64,000 bases of DNA, taken from Octopus vulgaris. Its lineage: Eukaryota. The stretch lies in NCBI GenBank assembly GCA_951406725.2, contig OX597814.1, positions 212,908,001 through 212,972,000 on the forward strand. The letters are read 5' to 3'. The notes under the pieces are model-generated. The model did no database searches. It saw nothing but the letters and a program-made list of their open reading frames with translations, and had not been told where the DNA came from. The stretch's first letter is position 1. Each line of letters begins with the position of its first letter. The position numbers were made by a program, and so were the translations under genes. Below, piece by piece: positions 41,715 through 55,492 of the stretch.

Positions 41715-42109
41715 GGATGGAATGGAAGCACTCCGTCGGTTACGACGATGTAGGTTCCGGTTGATCTGAATCAACGGAACATCCTGCTCGTGAAATTAAC
41801 GTGTAAGTGGCTGAACACTCCACAGACACGTGCACCCTTAACGTAGTTCTCGGGGATATTCAGCGTGACACAGAGAGTGACAAGGCCGGCCCTTTGAAAT
41901 ACAGGTACAACAGAAACAGGAAGTAAGAGTGAGAGAAAGTTGTGGTGAAAGAGTACAGCAGGGATCATCACCATCCCCTGCCGGAGCCTCGTGGAGCTTT
42001 TAGGTGTTTTCGCTCAATAAACACTCACAACGCCCGGTCTGGGAATCGAAACCGCGATCCTGCGACCGCAGGTCCGCTGCCCTTACCACTAGGCCATTGC
42101 GCCTCCACC
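41715..42109 (-). mobile_element. SINE family A, full length with 11-bp TSD
   Basis: ATGTAGGTATT occurs at 41704-41714 and 42110-42120; (TTCCA)n-like tail. Confidence 0.92.
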
Positions 42110-44454
42110 ATGTAGGTATTATGTATGTATGTATTTATGTATGTATTTATGTATGTATGTATGTATGTATGTGTGCTTGTATGCAGGCAGGCATGATTGT
42201 ATGTATAAATATGTTAATGGTTACCTTGCACATCTATGCTATCGTAGAGTCTCAGTTCCAAGAGCTTTGCACTCTAGCTAATGTATTTCATTCAGCCGGC
42301 AGTGCATTATATCTACGTTACTTATGCTTAAAAAGTACAGTGCTTCATTATACATTGATGCTTTGGTCATGATTGAGACCCCTTCTGATCATGTGTATTT
42401 TTATTTCGAAATGGCTGTTGGTTAGTATGTTAGTGCCTGATATAGTCTTGCATTGAAATACATGCTGCTTTCTTCTGTTCATTTGTAAATTACATTTTTC
42501 TCGTTTTAAATTTTGTCCTAAAGCCTGTCATATCTATTGTCTACGATACATTTGTGTCGCCCAGGCGATCGTGAAAGTGCCTAACTATATGACTCTTGTC
42601 ATAATCGAGTGAGCGCGCACAGTCAGCAATAGATCAGTAAAATGCCATCAAATTCCACTTGGAATTTGTATTATTGAAATGGGCACTACTGACTGCAATG
42701 CAACAGGCTATTTAGATGCATAATTTTACCGAGATAATGCGGCTTAAATCGTACCATTCAATCCAAATTTTACCACTCAGCATTTGCATTAAAATTTTCA
42801 ACGTCCTTCGGATTGCTCATCACTGTAGTACCACTAAATATGAAAAGATAAGAACAAACAGTGCAATACTTTATGGTTCAAGAGCCCACAGGTTTTCGAT
42901 TTCCTAGAGAAGAAAAACACGGATAATCCATTTTCAGGGATCATTGCTAAAGCTTCATAAATGAATGCAGTTTTATCAAACTCATACAATGCTCAAGAAA
43001 CAAACACCATTTTAGGGCTACAGAAAGAATTACAACAGGGTAGGCACTGCCACAAACTAATGACTAGATAAAAAAAAAGAGCATAAATGTAAATGTATAA
43101 ACACATACAGACATATACATATCTATCTATGTGTAAATATATATGTGTGTGGTGTGTGTATGTGTGTGGTTGTGTGTGTACGTTTGTGCTTATGAATATA
43201 TATGTGTGTATATATACATATGTGTATGTGTGTGTTAGTGTCTATGTGTGTGTATATTTATGGGCTTTTGGATATATGTGTACATGCATTTATATACGCA
43301 TGGTTCTATATCACAATAATTTAAAAAGCAAATATGTGTAAAAGATATTAGAATTTTCAATAAACGACAACTTCCACGATGTCACTGAAATTGTAACTTT
43401 TATGTACTTTCATTTATTCTTACATTATTAAATTTCACTCTGTTGAAGAAACGGTCGCATTTATTAATCACGACCACCGATATTAGCTCTGTATAATTTA
43501 AGATAATTTTGTTTTTCGACTACATTTTCCAATATATTTAATGTAGTCGTCGCAATATCTTTTCTTTAAATGTAGTTACGCGGAATATTTACAAAGTTTC
43601 AAGTATTTTAAAGTGTAGTCATTCACAACATTCCGCCACCATGATTTCCAAAGTGTAATATGATAAATGCCCGACGTAATTCCAAATCACAATATTTTAA
43701 CATAGTAGCGTCAAGTCAATTTTCAACTTTCAATATTACTGTCATATAATTCAATTTCTTGAACATGATTGACTTATTATTTAACAAATCTTCACCGGCT
43801 CCAGAGCAGTATTAACACGACTAAAGACATTATTAAAGCAGGCATGTTTTCAAAAGTAACTTGTAAAATTACTTTATAATCATACACCATTTACTTGTGT
43901 ATCGACTAAAACTTGAATTTGTGAAGTTTCCTCATTTCACTGTAAATAAAATGCTTATTATCCAGCTTATCATACAATTATCATTGAAAATGTACTGAAA
44001 TCTGAAACCTTTCGAATGCCGCAACATTACATTGGCATAATAACAGAGCTTAGAAATCCTAAAACTTCTGAGGTTTTACTATATCTATAGCCAACATTGA
44101 ATTATCTTGATCTCTATGCTTACTCGTATGTACACATACACAGTTTTACAGTTCCCAAACACGTGTATGCATATTTTGTTTTCATTTACTTCGGACCATA
44201 ATTATAGTTTGTTTTGGACTTTTCAACGCATATCACCCGCATAAAATTCTGTGTGATTCACTGGTTTTCTCCGTTAGTATTTGTTGCAGGCCATCGGCGA
44301 TGCAACGTACGACGGACAAGGCATTGTACAACCACGCTTATCAACAAAACACAATGCAGCTTTAAATCATTAATTTATACGTTGCTTTCAAGGCTGAAAT
44401 AAATGTCAGCTGAATCTTCACATATTATGTGTATTATACACCGTGCAAGATGAA

Positions 44455-44768
44455 GGGATATGGCTTAGTGGTTAGGGGATTCGACTCATCATCGTGAGAT
44501 CATGAGTTCAATTCCCAGTGACGCATTGTGTCCTTGGGCAAGACATTTTTCCACGTTGCTCTAGTTCACTCAGCTGGCAAAAATGAGTAGAACCTGTATT
44601 TGAAAGGGGCTGCCTCGTCACACTCTGTGTCACGCTGAATCTCTCTGGGAACTATGTTAATGGTACACGTACCTGTGGAGTGCTCAGCCACGTACACGTT
44701 AATTTGCCAACAGGTTGTTCCATAGATTGGATCCAGTGGAACCCTCGTCATCGTAACCGACGGAGTGC
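44455..44768 (+). mobile_element. diverged SINE sharing the family A 3' half
   Basis: tggcttagtggttag..gagttcaattccc head and gtcacgctgaatctc...gtaaccgacggagtgc tail. Confidence 0.75.
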
Positions 44769-45867
44769 TATTTTTATTACCCCGTACAAACAACCGATTT
44801 TTGCAGCTAAGTATGTTGCAGCTAGCATCAGCACCTTGGTTGTTATCATGTGTGCAGCTTAGCTTGGGCTCAGTGTAGGCCGGCTGCTGTTCATAGATGC
44901 ATATCTGTGCATATAGGGAACAAGTGGACATGTAATTCAAATCTGTATCGATTCATATCTACGCCTCTAGAATCACTTGCATATACAGCAGCTTCTTATA
45001 CACACGTACACATTCAGCTATGAACGGCAGACTGTCTTCACAGAGTCGATTACATGAAAGCACTAAATATGTTCACACTTCTTGAAAGTATTAACTTCGC
45101 AAATATTAACATTCTACAACGTAACTGGAGCATAATCGTTATGTGGTCAGATTTCCTTAATTATTCCAGTTGTATAATGCAAACTGAAACACACAGACAC
45201 ATTCACACATGCACACACACACGCACACACACACGCACACACACAATAGTCCAACCTTTGCAAGGCAACTGAATCATGACATACCTAATGGCACCATCAT
45301 GAAATAATGTAAGTGACAATGCACACATATCGATATATTCATAACAACACTAACTTCTCGAACGAAAAGACTTTATCCATTAGAAAGTTGATAATAGTAG
45401 AAGTCAAATATAACGGACATATATGAACGAAGTTCCCCAGCTAACAGTAAGGTAATAACAGCGACTAAACTTCGGTACTATTAACACAAGTAAGCTCCTG
45501 TTTAACAGTTATATGAGAGACGTGTAAAAGACCGAGTTTTTCTGTAATTGTCATTTTCCATTATGTCAGGAAAATTTTAACTTCTACGTCTTTCTATTAA
45601 TTTACAGCAAAACTGCTAGCACAAGCTCACTTATTGAACATCACTCGACTAAAGGAATTAACATATATATTTACCATAGAATGAACTACGATGAGTAAAG
45701 TATATTTTCAAATAATATTGATTCTTACAGAACAGTGTGGTTAAAATACACTTGGCTGTATCAAATTAGACATTATGTATGCAAGCAAATACTGAAGTTT
45801 GTGACTTTCTATAGAATATCGACGTTAAGTAAGATATACAGAAGGACCTAATATATATGCTATATAT

Positions 45868-46410
45868 ATAAACTTAGATAAACTTAAATATCTTTCGACT
45901 AAAGATTGGTCCAGGCCATGTATATCTTAATAGCACCGCCTGATAGGATTATCTAAATCCATTTTTTTGAAAGTCAAGTTTTGTGGCATCATGGGAGTTA
46001 TTGTGGAGTGAGTTGAATCCAGGTATTGGTTGCTTATCTGGTATTCCTTGAAGAAATTTGTCTGAACACTGTTTAAAGGTTGTGATGGGATCCTTTTCCT
46101 CTTTGTTTAGTTTTGGGACAATGTTAAACAGGGCAGGGCCTGATGAGGAAAAGAAATTGGGTCGTAGTGTAGCGATATGTTGTGATACTGAATTGGTCAG
46201 GGGACGTATGACCCGTGGTCCCAGCCTTCGATGAACCTTGAAGCTATGTTCAGGTCGTTCGGGCAATGCTGGTGGTATATTCTCGACGGCGCTGGAAAGA
46301 GTATAGTTTCAAGGCTTTAAGGCGGTCCCAGTAATCGAGATCAGCCATGCCCTTAATTCGATTATTGAACGCTCCCTGGGGTGATTCAATATTCGAGATG
46401 TTTATGAAGC
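45868..46410 (-). mobile_element. CR1/L2-group LINE 3' end
   Basis: [48 protein letters not shown]; same tail as 28468. Confidence 0.85.
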
Positions 46411-46422
46411 ATCTAATATATA

Positions 46423-46477
<55 letters not shown>

Positions 46478-46489
46478 TGTATGTATATT

Positions 46490-46585
<96 letters not shown>

Positions 46586-46673
46586 GATAGATAGAGAGAG
46601 AGAGAGAGAGGGAGAGAGAGAGTTATGGTATATTCTATTAAGAACGTAGAAGAGTAAAGTATACATCTTGTCG

Positions 46674-46789
46674 ATCTTCAGATTTCACCTTGTGTTATAG
46701 TAGTATTATACGTACTTCCATACACACGCACGAACACACGCACACACACGCATACACACACACACAGATATATATATATATATATATAT

Positions 46790-46824
<35 letters not shown>

Positions 46825-46898
46825 ATGTGTGCGTGTGTTCGTGCGTGTGTATGGAAGTACGTATAATACTACTATAACACAAGGTGGGATTTGAAGAT
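46674..46898. repeat. fold-back palindrome centred on (TA)n
   Basis: The two ~95-105-bp arms are near-perfect reverse complements. Confidence 0.9.
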
Positions 46899-47519
46899 GT
46901 ACGTATAGCAAAATCCGGAAAAAATTAAAGTGAACATGGTGAGATAAGGGGTAAAATCCAAGTACAGTGTCTTTCTTTAGAGAAAAACTGAAAGGAGAAA
47001 ATAAAATTAAAGACAGCAGACGTTTACACCCTCTAAGTTAAAAGACTATCTCTCATCTATTTCTCTCCTTTTAACTTATCTCTAAAAAAAGAATGTTGTT
47101 CAAAACATTGAATTTTCCAATCCACACGACATGGTCACTATTATTTCTATCCATTTTACTTCCTATAAGTCTTGCCGACGCAGATCAACATCTGCCTGTT
47201 CGGATTTTATGGTTATTGGTGTGTGTATGTATGTTTGTGTGTGTGTGAGTGTATGCATATATGTATGCAAGTATGTATGTCATTATTCAGTTTTGTTTCA
47301 AGATTTCTTGCCAATAGAGGAAGAGTCGGTTTCTAATCCTGATCCAAGGCTCCTTCGTTGGAATTTCAACATCAACAACAGGGTATTTTGGTGTCCATGT
47401 AGGTATATATGTATGTATATATACCTGCAGACCTGTTTTATGCATGTCTTCTTATGCATTTACTTGCATATCTAGATATGCTCATATATACTTAAATGAT
47501 AAACTTCCCAAATGTTGGT

Positions 47520-48330
47520 ATGAGTACTGGCACTGGAAACACATTATGGGCCACTCTTTCATTGAATGAAGTGAGTTCTGAGATTCAAAGTTTCTTTATT
47601 CTGCTCTAATATTCTTCAGTGACACGTGTTTCTCTTATAGGTGCCATTGTAAGATATGTTTTCATCCACCTGAAGCTACTTGCAATATCCCTCATCAGAT
47701 ATAGCGGAAACAGTTAAGACACTGATGAATATGTTGCTAATCTGGTTTAATGTTTTCCCCTTTTCACAAACATATAGCAAACTTCAAACCTGTATCCTTT
47801 GATAATGTTGTATTGATGTCAAGGCTCTTGAGCATATTCTTTGAATATAGTATCAAATCATCCACAAGGAAACAGTGTGTGATTTTGATATTTCTGCTTC
47901 CTTGTGAATCAGTAAGGTATCCTTCAGAATTACTTAACATAAATGACTGGGAGTTTACAAGAAAGTATAAACAATTTCACAGGGAGACTGCCTCCTTGGA
48001 ATATGCCACTGCCAATACTGCATTATATCAGTGATAATACAGTCACTCCTTGTGTTTAATTTCAAGATGATGGCCCACGGGGAAATCAAGTCAGCTATGA
48101 ATTCAGGTCGGATATTCTCACTGGAACTTTAGCAAATTCAAGGGTTTCTTGCATCTATAAGTGGAGAATAGGATCAAAGGTATTCTTGCTGTCTAGCCAC
48201 ATGGAAACTAGGTTCCTTCTATGCTCTTGCACCTCTAACATTACATGTTTGTTTATTAACAATTGCTCGCACATCTCCAGAATATCTCTTCTTCCCAGTT
48301 GTTTGTTCTGCTGTGATGATGTTATTGGTT
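47520..48330 (-). mobile_element. R4/Dong-like (RLE clade) LINE RT remnant
   Basis: Motifs WLDSKNTFDPI, GIFQGGSLPVKLF and ITHCFLVDDLILYSK, with frameshifts. Confidence 0.7.
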
Positions 48331-49511
48331 TCACAGCGGCCTTGGAGGAAGAGGTTTAAACATGCTGTATATATTTTATGTACGTATGTATCTATGTATA
48401 CACAGGAAGGTGATGATGGAAGTTGTAATACAGTGCAAAATAGCTGGGGTGCAAAGAAAATCCACAAACCAAGTAATTCAATGGGTGATATGGTGAGTTG
48501 ACATGTCGAGCTAAAAGCTAGATAGAACTTCACTGTTGCTCTGGGCGTCCAAGACATACCTGTGGAAGCACAGGGATGTGCAAGCTGTCACATAGGTTTA
48601 TAAAACAAACCTAATTCACATGTAAATTTAGGAAAAGCTGCAATAAAATACGTTGATGGATATACCATCAGTTCTCTGTCACTTGACATTAATATTAATG
48701 CTGGTTATATTGATAGTTCAGAGTGCAAAGGAGCATATAAACGTGCAACTATGTATATTCAAAGGAAAGAAGCCAGCTTCACACGAAGTAGATCAAAGTA
48801 TCGAGCAAGGCATTTTGTTGGGTGAAACGAAGAGAGATTTGGGGAAAGTGTCCTAGCCGAGATAAAGTGAAATTAATTGCGAACCGCTACTTGAAGTGAT
48901 AAGATGAGAGAAACGTAATACTCTTCTAAGGCTTACGCTGATGTCGGCTGAGAATGGTGGAGAAATATGTGTAGTTTAAATTCGAAGGGGTTTGGCATTT
49001 AGTAGCAAGGCAGTGTGACTTACATGCTTGAAATATGTAACTCATTTTCTTAGAATTGGAAAGGAAATTGGAATTCTTGTTGTAACAAATATGCAACAAT
49101 TATGCAACAATTTATTGTGGATCACATTTAGGAGATTAGGACTCTGTAGACGGTCGATATTAACACAATAATCACCGAACATCAAAGCAATCGTGATAGG
49201 ACCGTTTGAAATCAAATTAAGCAACTTGGGACTACGTCTCTCAATCATGTTATCAGAGGGTATTTTCATAATATGGCAGACTTCAAATGATTTGCAGAAT
49301 CCGAAACATTCAGAGTTTTATCAATTTTAAATTATATAGCTCATAATAGACTTGTAACCTTGTCATGCAGAGTTTCCATTCTCTCTTAATAGAAAATTGC
49401 TACACAAAATAGAACAGTTGTTGCTACCGGTTTCTTCTTCTCCCTTCAGAACATTCGCAAGTGAAAGTGGTTTACTAACTTTTCCCATTTTTAAAGTTTA
49501 GTATACACACA

Positions 49512-49558
<47 letters not shown>

Positions 49559-50439
49559 AAAAACGCAAATACACATACGCATATTGTTTGCTGATAATTT
49601 CAGCAATTCAAGGCACTCGATGCATCTAACATTTCTTTATATATACAGTTCCGTAATTCTTTTAGACGACTCTACTTTCATCCCTAACCTAACTTATTTG
49701 TTTAAGTTTTGATTAAAACAGGAAACGTGTGTCGTGTTTTTCAGGAATCATTCTGCCTTTCTTTTTACCGCTTCTAGTCTTTAATAATATCTATATGAGT
49801 TTTGTGAGGTTTTTAGTTATGTAGTGTCGAGTGTAGTATGAATGTAGGTATGAGTAGAGAGGTGTCGTTACATGCATAGAGTGCGTGTGTTGCGTGTGTT
49901 CCAGGATGAAAATACTGGGGAGGTTAGAAAGAGAAATCTAAAAGTGGAGGACCCGTGTGGTGTAGCTAATCAGGTGCTGTTGAGATTTCCAATTGAACAG
50001 TATGAATATATCAACGTGGATAAACCTCGTTTATTTTTTGTTTCTTATACTTAGACACGTAAACGGCGCACATCTAGCTAAAATAAAAATAAAAACACGC
50101 CTATAACTACATTAGAATAAGACCTCCGATAATTATATTTGAATCATAATGCTGACACATTCCTAGTAACAGAGAGTAATTCTTTTCACTATCGTGAATT
50201 TGAATTTGAAACAGGGCTTTTCTTCACTCAAAGCTGATGTTTAAGCAACAGTTTTGTGTTATACTTTATATTAAAAATACAAAATCAAAACTTTGACCCT
50301 TCAAAATATGTACGAAATATCCTGTACGCTAGAGGACTATTTTCTCCATTGGAGTTATCATTATTTTGAAGCCCAGAAGTTTGGATTTAAGCGTCTGAAG
50401 ATGTAAGGTTTTACCTTAGAATGATATCAGATGGAAATA

Positions 50440-51250
50440 CTACCCGGCGTATGTGATATTTTATCTCTAGGTATGTCAAATATGCAACGGTGTGGTTGCT
50501 GTTTGACACCCCAGAGGAGGGTCGCAGATTTGCGAGCCAGCCCTTTGAGGGTAAAGAAATTTTGTTTCTTCCCACTTATTGTAGAAAAAAATTGACGTGG
50601 GCTTGGATCTGTGGTTTGCCACCCGGAATTGAACACCAGTGGTTAGGGGATACTATCCGTAGGAGTGTGGGTGGCATAGGTGTCAGGCTCCTCAATGTGA
50701 AAATTCTTCCTGCAGATGATTGGGTTGGGTCAAAAGCTGTTTTGACTCTATTTGGACCCAATCAGCTCTGAATCTGGTTATGTCAGATTTTTTGGAAATG
50801 GCCGGGTGCAGGTACCCGGTGATTCTTGAGTGCGCCTCCCCCCCCCTCAGATGACAGTCTGGCCATATAAAGGAAAACTGTCCTCAGGAACAAAGCAAAG
50901 TTATAGAGTAGTTCATTGAGACCTCTGTAGAAGAAGGGACGAAGGCGGCCCAGGGGACCGGGGCAACAATGGGTGCTTACCGAAGGATCCTAGGGATGAG
51001 GGAGAGGAGGCAAATCTCCCGGTTACGGAGGAGACGCATCCACCCTCATTTGAGAGAAAAAAGAAGAAGAAGACAAAGGGGACATTGCCGGCAGTCGGTG
51101 ACATAGCATCGGAATGACCCGGAACCTTGCCGGTAGGGGTTGCGTCACTGACAGGGGAAGAGACACCGTTGGGGGAATTGTGCCGCCAGCGATAGAATTC
51201 ACTACCTCGAACCCTGAAGAAGAGGAACTATTGGTCTTTTCTCTTCTTCC
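50440..51250 (+). mobile_element. Tx1/L1-like ORF1 remnant
   Basis: VWLLFDTPEEGRRFASQPF..ICGLPPGI.., plus the zinc-knuckle half SGHIKENCP at ~50858-50884. Homolog at 29075-29720. Confidence 0.55.
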
Positions 51251-51669
51251 CCCTTGTTGCCTTCGTCCTTTTTTTTTCTCTCTCTCTTTGTTTCCTTTGT
51301 CCCCTTTCTTTTCTCTCTCTTCTCTCGCGTGACCGCTGGTCAAACCAGCCTTTTGGCCTCCGACCACTGCCGTGAGAACATCGTTGTCTTTGTCTGCCGA
51401 TAAAGGCATTTTTTCCAAAATACGCCAGCTAAACTAAGTTGTACTGTTTATTAGTCGTAAGACACCTGCTGTTTTTGTCCTGTTTTTACCATTATTGTTT
51501 TTTGTATTTTATATCCGTGTGGCATCGTCCGTTTTTCTGTCCGTTTCATATACATTCGATCCTTCTTCCAGGAAATCTAATGCTCGTAGCTTAGTATTTC
51601 CTTGGGGCTGGCCGGATCGGAGCGATCTCAAGATTAATCAGCCGAAATTGCTAGGATGATCCGGTTCTT

Positions 51670-52122
51670 GGGATCTTCCAGTAAATCTTGTAGTTGACTC
51701 CTTGTTCTTTTAAGAACCATATAAAACTGGATAATTTGGTAGTTTTCTGTTTATTCCAGTGTCTGAAGCTTAAGATGTGACTGTTGAATCTTGCTTTAAA
51801 ATTTCCCTCTGTGAGACCCACACATCTCTTGGATGAATCTGTATTATCATCGTTCGTAGAATTTACAGTGGCTTCATAAATAATGGCGTCAGTCATACAG
51901 GCTCCGTTTAACGGGCATAAGTCTGTATCTCTGTAAGAACAGCCAGCTTCGTGTTGTTGTTTTGCATTCGTGTTGTTGTGTTGTAATTATAATTTTAATG
52001 TTTGACGTCGAACTAAAACTAATTTTTAGGTTGTGCCTCTTAAATGGCTTTCTATATTTGTGTTGTATTAGAAAATGTCTATCTATAAGTGACGAGAAAT
52101 ATTTACCTATATCAAAGGCCAT
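51670..52122 (-). mobile_element. Penelope-like GIY-YIG remnant
   Basis: IGKYFSSLIDRHF..KISFSSTSN and AIIYEATV..CVGLTEGNFKARFNSHILSF..TKLSSFIWFLK..WKI. Confidence 0.85.
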
Positions 52123-52124
52123 GG

Positions 52125-53650
52125 TGTTTCTAATGCAAACACCAGAGACACACGACTACATGAACTACACCCATCACCAGGAATTACCCACTTTCACTAA
52201 TTGACATATGCTTTCAACGTGACCTACAATTAAACATCTACGAACTCAGGCATCCCAAATTAAAGAAGGAGTTACAACCAAAAGCCCTGCCATACATCTC
52301 CAAACACAACCTTCTTAACAATAAAGCCTTCGACACCATACTTCAAAATATTCCCCTGCTAAAAAAGGACCACAGAATGAACTTAATCCTCCATACACAC
52401 ACCATCATAAAAAGCAAGAGACAACCCAAATCTATGAAAAGTCTTCTAACACAAGCCCGAATAGGCATATAACAATACAGATGCCATCAGTAAAAAACAT
52501 GCAGAAGACCCAACTGTGGGATATGCGTCAATTTAATTGAGGGATATGAGTTATACTTTAAACAGGGACAACGTTTCACAGTGAAAAGCAGCTTCACGTG
52601 TGCTTCGGATAACCTGACATACGCACGAACCTGCTCTTGGTGTTAAGAACAATACATAGGCCAAACAAAAACAGTTTACATCAAAGGATGGCTCTGCACA
52701 GATCACTGAGCAAAATTCCTTAAAACAGAAAAATAGCATTCAGCCAACAGATAGACATTTGCGCTAACAACAAAAATCCAAGCTTCAGAATTTTCCCTCT
52801 GTACCAATTCAGGGACGATACAACCAGTATCCAACGAATTAGTAAAGAGAGTTTTTTTATTACAAAATACAGACCCCTTTTGAATGCATCTACAACAAAC
52901 AGCATATCCACCACGGCCTTAGAATAACACAAACACGCTCGCAAATATCAAATATGATACATGCAAGAGATACCCAAGAATTCATTTAAAAACAGTCTCA
53001 ATCACTACTATAATCCACAACGGTTCACTTTTAGGTCACTTGACCATTTAACATCCTACTACTATCATACTACCTGCATTCCTTTATTATTCTCTCTCCT
53101 CTTTCTCCTTTCTCTTCGTTTTCTTCCTCTCTGCCACACCATAATATTGCTGTTTAGAATAACACGCAAATATTATAAACAATATATTCAAAAGAGATGT
53201 CTCAAAAATTCAATCACAACTACCATCCACATCAAGGCACTTTTAGGGCACTTGACCATTTAACATCTAACTACTATCATAGCACTCCCACATTGCTCCT
53301 CTTCTTATTCTTCTTCTTCTTCTTCTTCTTCTTCTTCTTTTTCTTCTTCTTCTTCTTCTTCTTCTTCTTCCCTTCCTCCTACTCCTCCTTGTTCTTGTTC
53401 TTCTTCTCTTTCTTCTTCTCTGCCAAGAATTCACAACGACCTCGAACCCACAAGAGTAAACAAGAGAGACAGAGACAGGCAGAAACAAGGAATATGCTCC
53501 TTGTATTTGAATACTATGCAGATATTCTTTTAAAAAATTTTTCTGATAATTTTTGTCTAAATTTAATTGTTTTCCATACTTAGAGTTGAAAAAGTCTTAA
53601 TGACTGAAACCGGTACTGAAATGATTTTTATAAAATTATTTTAGCATTTT
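52125..53650 (+). mobile_element. Penelope-like 3' half (Cys motif, GIY-YIG remnant, tail)
   Basis: Motifs CRRPNCGIC (~52500), FTCASDNL and QYIGQT (~52650). The tail has a ~235-bp tandem duplication and a hammerhead motif. Confidence 0.8.
53584..53617 (+). ncRNA. minimal hammerhead variant with U3-A8 core
   Basis: ag TTGAAAA agtc-ttaat-gact GAA ACCGGT A ct; stem I is only 2 bp. Confidence 0.5.
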
Positions 53651-53741
53651 CTACCTTGACTTTTTTCCATACATACATAAATCCATCCATCCATCCATCC
53701 ATCCATCCATCCATACATACATACATACATACATACATACA

Positions 53742-53818
<77 letters not shown>

Positions 53819-53882
53819 GTATATATATATATTTATATATATATATACGTAAATATATGTATATATATATATATATAGATAG

Positions 53883-53913
<31 letters not shown>

Positions 53914-53959
53914 GAGAGAGAGATAGATGATAGAAATATATATACTTACATGTACACAC

Positions 53960-54121
53960 AACGGTCTTCTTTCTGTTTTCGCGTACCATATACACCAATG
54001 TGATACTGGGCGGCCCGGGGCTAATATAGATGGCACTTGCCCAAAGCTCTGTGCTGTGAGATTAAATCCCGAATCCACGTGATAGTGAAGACTATCTTAA
54101 CTACACAGACACATCTCCACC
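53960..54121 (-). mobile_element. old SINE family B-like head fragment
   Basis: Degenerate match (ggcccggggcta..cacttgcccaa..). Confidence 0.55.
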
Positions 54122-54480
54122 TATATGTTAAATTGAGTGTGTTTGTGTGTGTGTGTGTGCATATATACAGTCTATATAATATCTTGAATAATATCCATTC
54201 CGGAAAGTAAAGTGAAAATAAATCTCAAGTAAATATAATTGCAGTGTTGTTAAGTTTTTCGTATGTTAAAAGATCTGAATCGTGGACAATACCGAATAAA
54301 TGAATGCCCCATTGTCAACGAATTTTCCATTTAATTTAGATTTAGAAAAGCAAATACTTTCCAAAGAATACGTTGTTATAAACGAAATAAATTGCTTTTA
54401 TCCAACAATGGTAACCCTAGAAGAGCCGCAGATTGGTCGTTGAATGTTGCCAAATTGGAAAAAGAGATACTATATATATA

Positions 54481-54548
<68 letters not shown>

Positions 54549-54570
54549 ATGTTACATTACTCGGTAGTCA

Positions 54571-54633
54571 AGATAAAACTCTGAGTTTCAGATGCCGAAG
54601 TGGATATCCACAACACCATCTCTTCGGTTATCT
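54571..54633 (-). ncRNA. type I hammerhead motif, C4 variant
   Basis: Inverted copy of 55042-55104. Confidence 0.65.
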
Positions 54634-55041
54634 GGCTATTTGAAAACGTTATGAAAAAATACCGTTAAATAAAGGGAAATTACTCTGTTATAACTCTGCT
54701 TGCCTGTGTACTTATACATCGCTCGCATTTTTCGTCATAAAAATTATATAAAAATACATAAAAAATATATAAAAAATATATAAAAATATATAAATTCTTC
54801 TTGGGACATAACATAGAAAGCATGTTCTATCTGTTTTCTTTAGGGGACCAAAACAGATAGAACATGCTTTCTATGTTATGTCCCAAGAAGAATTTATATA
54901 TTTTTATATATTTTTATGTATTTTTATATAATTTTTATGACGAAAAATGCGAGCGATGTATAAGTACGCAGGCAAGCAGAGTTATAACAGAGTAATTTCC
55001 CTTTATTTAACGGTATTTTTTCATAACGTTTTCAAATAGCC

Positions 55042-55104
55042 AGATAACCGAAGAGATGGTGTTGTGGATTTCCACTTCGGCATCTGAAACTCAGAGTTTT
55101 ATCT
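55042..55104 (+). ncRNA. type I hammerhead motif, C4 variant
   Basis: agataa CCGAAGA gatg...gtgga-tt-tccac...catc t GAA ACTCAGAGT T ttatct; 6-bp stem I. Confidence 0.65.
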
Positions 55105-55222
55105 TGACTACCGAGTAATGTAACATATTGTATAGATAAATTTCCTCTATTTACATAATATTGAGGTCTCTTTCTTTCTTTTGTTATCTTACCGTTTTAT
55201 CAATATATATATATATATATAT

Positions 55223-55451
55223 TTCTTTACTACCCACAAGGGGCTAAACATAGAGGGGACAAACAAGGACATACAAAGGGATTAAGTCGATTACATCGAC
55301 CCCAGTTCGAAATTGGTACTTGATTTATCGACCCCGAAAAGATGAACGGCAAAGTCGACCTCGGCGGAATTTGAACTCAGGACGTAACGGCAGACGAAAT
55401 ACGGCTACGCATTTCGCCCGGTGTGCTAACGTGTCTGCCAGCTCACCGCCT
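55223..55451 (-). mobile_element. SINE family C, full length
   Basis: Homologous to 18970-19203. Confidence 0.88.
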
Positions 55452-55456
55452 TTTTA

Positions 55457-55492
<36 letters not shown>

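Larger units (their letters stand above)
54541..55202 (+). mobile_element. non-coding fold-back insertion (~290-bp arms, 12-nt spacer) between (TA)n tracts
   Basis: 54541-54837 is the reverse complement of 54850-55134. The right arm continues uniquely to 55202. Confidence 0.85.

Noticed and set aside
42200-43070. Possible Ty3/Gypsy pol remnant (minus strand)
   Set aside because: Only a faint resemblance, with no intact YxDD motif.
46137-46170. CTGATGA ggaaaa GAAA
   Set aside because: It lies antisense within LINE coding sequence and has no stem II.
46965-47110. Old imperfect inverted repeat with a possible hammerhead relic
   Set aside because: The core is too degenerate to support a call.
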